A stretch of 64,000 nt of DNA, taken from NCBI GenBank assembly GCA_964016885.1, contig OZ024743.1, positions 139,686,001 to 139,750,000 of the forward strand. The letters are read 5' to 3'. Shown here in pieces: positions 57,371 through 64,000 of the stretch. The position numbers and the translations under genes were made by a program. Every line of letters starts with the position of its first letter. Positions within the stretch are counted from its first letter, which is position 1. Source of the stretch: Eledone cirrhosa. Its lineage: Eukaryota. Below the pieces are notes generated by a model. It was not told the origin of the DNA. It saw only the letters and a program-made list of their open reading frames with translations, and did no database searches.

Positions 57371-60300
57371 CAAGCACCAAGCACCAAGCACCAAACACCA
57401 AGCACCAAGCACCAAGCACCAAGCCCCAAGCAGCAAGCACCAAACACCAAGCAACAAGCACCAAACACCAAGCACCAAGCACCAATCACCAAGCACCAAA
57501 CACCAAGCACCAAAAAATAAGCACCAAGCACCAAACACCAAGCACCAAGCACCAAACACCAACCACCCGGCACCAAGCACCAAGCACCAAACACCAAGCA
57601 CCAAACACCAAACACCAAGCACCAAGCACCATCGCCAAGCACCAAACACCAAGCACCAAGCACTAAGCACCAAACACCAAGCACCAAGCACCAAACACCA
57701 AGCACCAGGCACCAAGCACCAAACACCAAGCACCTAGCACCAAACACCAAACACCAAGCACCAAGCACCTAGCACCAAACACCAAACACCAAGCACCAAG
57801 CACCAAACACCAAGCACCAATCACCAAGCACCAAACACCAAGCAGCAAGCACCAAGCACAAAGCACCAAACACCAAGCACCAGGCACCAAGCACCAAACA
57901 CCAAGCACCATGCACCAAGCACCATGCCCCAAACACTTAACACCAAGCACCAAGCACCAAACACCAAGCACCAAAAACCAAACACCAAGCACCAACTACT
58001 AAACACCAAGCACCAAACACCAAACACCAAACATCAAACACCAAACACCAAACACCAAGCACCAAACACCAAGCACCAAGCACCAAACTCCAAACACCAA
58101 GCACCAAGCACCAAACAACAAGCACCAAGCACCAAACACCAAACACCAAGCACGCAGCATCAAACACCAAGCACCAAGCACCAAGCACCAAACACCAAGC
58201 ACCAAGCACCAAGCACCAAACACCAAACAACAAGCACCAGGCCCCAAGCAGCAAACACGAAACACCAAGCACGCATCACCAAGCACCAAGCACCAAACAC
58301 CAAACACCTAACACCAAGCACCAAGAACCAAACACCAAACACCAAACAGCAAGCACCAAGCACCAAACACCAAGCACCAAACACCAAACACCAAGCACCA
58401 ATCACAAAACACTAATCACCAAGCACCAAGCACCAAACACCGAGCACCAAGCATCAAGCACCAAACACCAAGCACCAAGCACCAAGAACCAAGCACCAAA
58501 CACCAAGCACCAAGCACCAAACACCAAACCCCAAGCACCAAGGACCAAGCAACAAACACCAAGCACCAAGCACCAAACACCCAGCACCAAGCACCAAGCA
58601 CCAGGCACCAAGCACCAAACACCAAACACCAAGCACGCAGCAACAAACAGCAAGCACCAAGCACCAAGCACCAAACACCAAGCACCAAGCACCATGCACC
58701 AAGTACCAAACACCAAACACCAAGCACCAAACACCAAACACCAGGCACCAAGCACCAAGCACGAAAGACCATGCACCAAGCACCAAGCACCAAACACCAA
58801 ACACCAAGCACCAAACACCAGCCACGAAGCACCAAGCAGCAAACACCAAACACCAAGCACTAAGCACCAAAAACCAAACAACAAGCACCAGGCACCAAGC
58901 ACCAAAAACCAAATACCAAGCACGCAGCACCAAACACCAAGCACCAAGCACCAAGCACCAAACACCAAACAACAAGCACCAGGTACCAAGCACCAAACAC
59001 CAAACACCAAGTACCAAGCACCAAACACCAAACACCAAGCACCAAGCACCAAACACCAAGCACCAATCACCAAGCACCAAACACCAAGCAGCAAGCAGCA
59101 AGCACCAAACACCAAACACCAAGCACCAAGCACCAAACACCTAACACCAAGCACCAAGCACCAAGCACCAAGCACCGAACACCAAGCACCAAACACCAAG
59201 CACCAAACACCAAGCACCAAGCACCAAACACCAAGCACCAAACACCAAGCACCAAGCACCAAGCACCAAACACCAAGCACCAGGCACCAAGCACCAAACA
59301 CCAAGCACCATGCACCAAGCACCAAGCCCCAAACACTTAACACCAAGCACCAAGCACCAAAAACCAAACACCAAGCACCAACTACTAAACACCAAGCACC
59401 AAGCACCAAACACCAAGCACCAAGCACCAATCACCAAACACCAAGAACCAAGCACCAAACACCAAGCACCAAGGACCAAGCACCAGGCACCAAGCACAAA
59501 GCACCAAACACAAAACACTAAGCACCAAACACAAAACACCAAGCACCAAGCACCAAGCAGCAAACACCAAGCATCAAACACCAAACACCAAACACCAAGC
59601 ACCAAACACCAAGCACCAAGCAGCAAACACCAAACACCAAGCACCAAGCACCAAGCACCAAACACCAAACACCAAGCACCAAACACCAAACAACAAGCAC
59701 CAGGCACCAAGCACCAAAAACCAAACACCAAGCACGCAGCATCAAACAGCAAGCACCAAGCACCAAGCACCAAACACCAAGCACCAAGCACCAAGCACCA
59801 AGTACCAAACACCAAACACCAAGCACCAAACACCAAACACCAGGCACCAAGCACCAAGCACGAAACACCATGCACCAAGCACCAAGCACCAAACACCAAA
59901 CACCAAGCACCAAAAACCAGCCACCAAGCACCAAGCAGCAAACACCAAACACCAAGCACTAAGCACCAAAAACCAAACAACAAACACCAGGCACCAAGCA
60001 CCAAAAACCAAACACCAAGCACGCAGCACCAAACTCCAAGCACCAAGCACCAAACACCAAGCACCAAGCACCAAGCACCAAACACCAAACACCAAACACC
60101 AAGCACCAAGAACCAAACACCAAACACCAAACCCTAATCACCAAGCACCAGGCACAAAACACCAAGCACCAAGCAGCAAGCACCAAACACCAAGCACCAA
60201 GCACCAATCACCAAACACCAAGAACCAAGAACCAAACACCAAGCACCAAGGACCAAGCACCAGGCACCAAGCACAAAGCACCAAACACAAAACACTAAGC

Positions 60301-63300
60301 ACCAAACACAAAACACCAAGCACCAAGCACCAAGCAGCAAACACCAAGCATCAAACACCAAACACCAAACACCAAGCACCAAACACCAAGCACCAAGCAG
60401 CAAACACCAAACACCAAGCACCAAGCACCAAGCACCAAACACCAAACACCAAGCACCAAACACCAAACACCAAGCACCAAGCACCAAACACCAAACAACA
60501 AGCACCAGGCACCAAGCATCAAGCACCAAACACCAAACACCAAGCACCAAACACCAGCCACCAAGCACCAAGCAGCAAACACCAAACACCAAGCACTAAG
60601 CACCAAAAACCAAACGACAAACACCAGGCACCAAGCACCAAAAACCAAACACCAAGCACGCAGCACCAAACACCAAGCACCAAGCACCAAACACCAAACA
60701 CCAAACACCAAGCACCAAGAACCAAACACCAAACACCAAAACCTAAACACCAAGCACCAAGCACCAAACACCAAACACCAAACACCAGAAACCAAGCACC
60801 AAACACCAAACACCAAACACCAAGCACCAAGCACCAAACACCAAGCACCAAGCACCAAACAGCAAACCCCAAGCACCAAGCACCAAACACCACACAACAA
60901 GCACCAAACACCAAGAACCAGGCACCAAGCACCAAGCACCAAACACAAAAAACCAAGCACCAAACACCAAACACCAAGCACTAAGCACCAAGCACCAAGC
61001 ACCAAACTCCAAGCACCCAGCAGCAAACACCAAACACCAAGCACCAAACACCAAACAACAAGCACCAGGTACCAAGCACCAAACACCAAAAACCAAGCAC
61101 CAAGCACCAAACACCAAGCACCAAGCACCAAGCACCAAACACCAAACACCAAACACCAAACAGCAAAAACCAAATACGAAACAGCAAACACCATACAGCA
61201 AACACCAAACACCAAAAAGCAGACAACAAACAGCTAACACCAAACACCAAACACCAGACACCAAACACCAAGCACCAAGCACCAACCACCAAACCCCAAG
61301 CACCAATCAACAAACACTAATCACGAAGCACCAAGCACCAAACACCAAGCACCAAGCACCAAGCACCAAACACCAAGCACCAAGCACCAAGCACAAAACA
61401 CCAAGCACCAAACAACAAGCACCAAGCACCAAGCACCAAACACCAAGCACCAAGCACCAAACACCAACCACCCAGCACCAAACACCAAGCACCAAGTACC
61501 AAACACCAAACACCAAGCACCAAACACCAAACACCAAACACCAAGCACCAAGCACCTAGCACGAAACACCATGCACCAAGCACCAAGCACCAAACACCAA
61601 ACACCAAGCACCAAACACCAGCCACGAAGCACCAAGCACCAAACACCAAACACCAAGCACTAAGCACCAAAAACCAAACAACAAGCACCAGGCACCAAGC
61701 AGCAAACACCAAGCATCAAACACCAAACACCAAACACCAAGCACCAAACACCAAGCACCAAGCAGCAAACACCAAACACCAAGCACCAAGCACCAAGCAC
61801 CAAACACCAAACACCAAGCACCAAACACCAAACACCAAGCACCAAGCACCAAACACCAAACAACAAGCACCAGGCACCAAGCACCAAACACCAAACACCA
61901 AGCACGCAGCATCAAACAGCAAGCACCAAGCACCAAGCACCAAACACCAAGCACCAAGCACCAAGCACCAAGTACCAAACACCAAACACCAAGCACCAAA
62001 CACCAAACACCAGGCACCAAGCACCAAGCACGAAACACCATGCACCAAGCACCAAGCACCAAACACCAAACACCAAGCACCAAACACCAGCCACCAAGCA
62101 CCAAGCAGCAAACACCAAACACCAAGCACTAAGCACCAAAAACCAAACAACAAACACCAGGCACCAAGCACCAAAAACCAAACACCAAGCACGCAGCACC
62201 AAACACCAAGCACCAAGCACCAAACACCAAGCACCAAGCACCAAGCACCAAACACCAAACACCAAACACCAAGCACCAAGAACCAAACACCAAACACCAA
62301 ACCCTAATCACCAAGCACCAAGCACAAAACACCAAGCACCAAGCAGCAAGCACCAAACACCAAGCACCAAGCACCAAGCACCAAACACCAAACACCAAGC
62401 ACCAAGCACCAAACACCAAACCCCAAGCACCAAAGTCCAAGCACCAAGCACCAAGAACCAAACACCAAGCACCAAGCACCAAGCACCAAACACCAAGCAC
62501 CAAGCACCAAACACCCAGCCCCAAGCACCAAGCACCAAACACCAAGCACCAAGCACCAAACACCAAGCACCAAACACCAAGCACCAAGCACCAAACAGCA
62601 AGCACCAAACACCAAACAGCAAACATCAAACAGCAAACACCAAACACCTAACAGCAAACAGCAAACGCCAAACACCAAACACCAAGCACAAAACACCAAA
62701 CACCTAGCACCAAGGACCAAACATCAAACACCAAGCACCAAACACCAAACACCAAACACCAAGCACCAAACACCAAACACCAGGCACCAAGCACCAAACA
62801 CCAAGCGCCATGCACCAAACACCAAGCACCAAGCACGAAGCACCAAACACCAAGCACCAAGCACCAAACACTTAACACCAAGCACCAAGCACCAAGCACC
62901 AAACACCAAGCACCAAACACTAAGCACCAAGCACCAAGTACATACACCAAGAACCAAACACAAAACACCAAGCACCAAGCAACAAGCATCAAACACCAAG
63001 CATCAAACACCATACACAAAGCACCAAGCACCGAAACACCAAACACCAAGAACCAAGCACCAAGCACCAAGCACAAACATCAAGCACCCAGCACCAAACA
63101 GCATGCACCAAGCACCAAGCACCAAACACAGAGCACCAAACACCAAACACCAAGCACCAAACACCAAACACCAAGCACCAAGCACCAAAACCCAAACACC
63201 AAGCACCAAGCACCAAACACCAAACACCAAACACCAGAAACCAAGCACCAAACACCAAACACCAAACACCAAGCACCAAGCACCAAACACCAAGCACCAA

Positions 63301-63335
63301 GCACCAAACAGCAAACCCCAAGCACCAAGCACCAA
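57370..63335 (+). repeat. Diverged satellite island with internal 2170-bp and 777-bp offset repeats
   Basis: Higher density of private variants (for example 61150-61330 and 62600-63130). ORF pairs 59742/61912, 59959/62129 and 60134/62304 (2170). The cacaaaa-cactaag-caccaaa-cacaaaa motif is at about 59509 and 60286 (777). Confidence 0.8.
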
Positions 63336-64000
63336 ACACTAATCACCAAGCACCAAGCACCAAGCACCAAACACCAAGCACCAAGCACCAAGCACAAAAC
63401 ACCAAGCACCAAGCACCAAACACCGAACACCAAGCACCAATGACCAAGCACGAAGCACCACGCACCAAGCACCAAACAATAAGCACCAAGCACCAAGCAC
63501 CAAACACCAAGCACCAAACACCAAGCCCCAAGCACCAAGCACCAAACACCAAACACCAAGCACCAAGCACCAAACACCAAGCACCAAGCACCATGCACCT
63601 AGCACCAAACACCAAACACCAAGCACCAAGCACCAAACACCAAACACCAATCACCAAGCACCAAATACCAAGCAGCAAGCAGCAAGCACCAAACACCAAA
63701 CACCAAGCACCAAGCACCAAACACCAAGCACCAAGGACCAAACATCAAACACCAAGCACCAAGTACCAAACACCTAACACCAAGCACCAAGCACCAAGCA
63801 CCAAGCACCGAACACCAAGCACATAACACCAAGCACCAAACACCAAGCACCAAGCACCAAACACCAAGCACCAAACACCAAGCACCAAGCACCAAACACC
63901 AACCACCCAGCACCAAGCACCAAGCACCAAACACCAGGCACCAAACACTAAACACCAAACACCAAGCACCAAGCACCAAGCACCAAACACCAAGCACCAA
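63336..64000 (+). repeat. Copy of about 56450-57114 (offset 6886), truncated by the window end
   Basis: Identical ORFs at 56453/63339, 56457/63343, 56554/63440 and 56713/63599. Confidence 0.92.

Larger units (their letters stand above)
1..64000 (+). repeat. 7-bp tandem satellite array (CACCAAG/CACCAAA)n; (CTTGGTG/TTTGGTG)n on minus; runs off both window ends
   Basis: The sequence parses into 7-mers throughout, starting cacaaaa (2-8), cactaat (9-15). Two major monomers differ only at position 7. Minor variants include cactaat, caccaat, cagcaag, catcaaa, caccagg, ccccaag, gaccaag, cacgcag and caacaag. The + strand is A/C-rich and nearly T-free. Confidence 0.99.

Noticed and set aside
60129-62307. 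Telo-box or plant telomere motif AAACCCTAA at 60129 and 62299
   Set aside because: It is one substitution (cactaat to ccctaat) copied once by the 2170-bp repeat, with no tandem canonical telomere repeats.
485-63655. Many CCAATCA (CCAAT-box) and TAATC motifs
   Set aside because: They arise from one or two substitutions in the monomer and are multiplied by HOR copying. There is no gene or promoter context, so they are not called as regulatory sites.
1-64000. Hundreds of minus-strand ORFs (LGAWCLV-type) that resemble membrane proteins
   Set aside because: They overlap in all three frames with the same repeat, contain no unique domain, and end wherever a variant monomer creates a stop. They are a by-product of the heptamer.
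1-64000. CRISPR-like or other repeat-spacer array
   Set aside because: There are no unique spacers, leader or cas genes. All intervening sequence is the same heptamer.
1-64000. Identity with known heptamer repeats (Drosophila virilis ACAAACT family, cyanobacterial STRR heptamers)
   Set aside because: The length matches but the sequence differs, and STRRs are short dispersed tracts rather than arrays of tens of kb. No assignment is supportable without a database search.
1-64000. Transposon insertion, inversion or hairpin within the array
   Set aside because: I saw no non-satellite segment and no reverse-orientation (TTGGTG) tract on the + strand.
1-64000. Synthetic or simulated sequence, or a pure sequencing artefact
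   Set aside because: Hierarchically shared substitutions and indels, slightly diverged copies and a divergence gradient look like natural satellite evolution. Individual perfect duplications still need read support.

Overview
The whole 64 kb window is one uninterrupted, single-orientation 7-bp satellite array with consensus CACCAA(G/A) on + and (C/T)TTGGTG on -, about 9,145 monomers. I found no unique DNA, credible gene, RNA gene, transposon, CRISPR array or inversion, and the ORF track is an artefact of the heptamer. The real structure is above the monomer level. The order of G-ending and A-ending monomers, plus rare substitution variants, is copied faithfully in nested higher-order repeats (HORs) with periods from 77 bp to about 11.9 kb. 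The 7-bp register is almost perfectly kept: I counted only 17 single-base indels by eye, and several are inherited between copies. There is a left domain (about 0.65-28.5 kb), a transition (about 28.5-33.5 kb), a young, nearly homogeneous right domain (about 33.5-57.4 kb) whose duplication history can be reconstructed, and a more diverged island (about 57.4-63.3 kb) carrying left-domain modules. This fits eukaryotic centromeric/pericentromeric or (sub)telomeric satellite DNA, but organism and function cannot be determined from this window. Offsets were read from repeated ORF translations and marker monomers, not computed alignments, so block ends are approximate.
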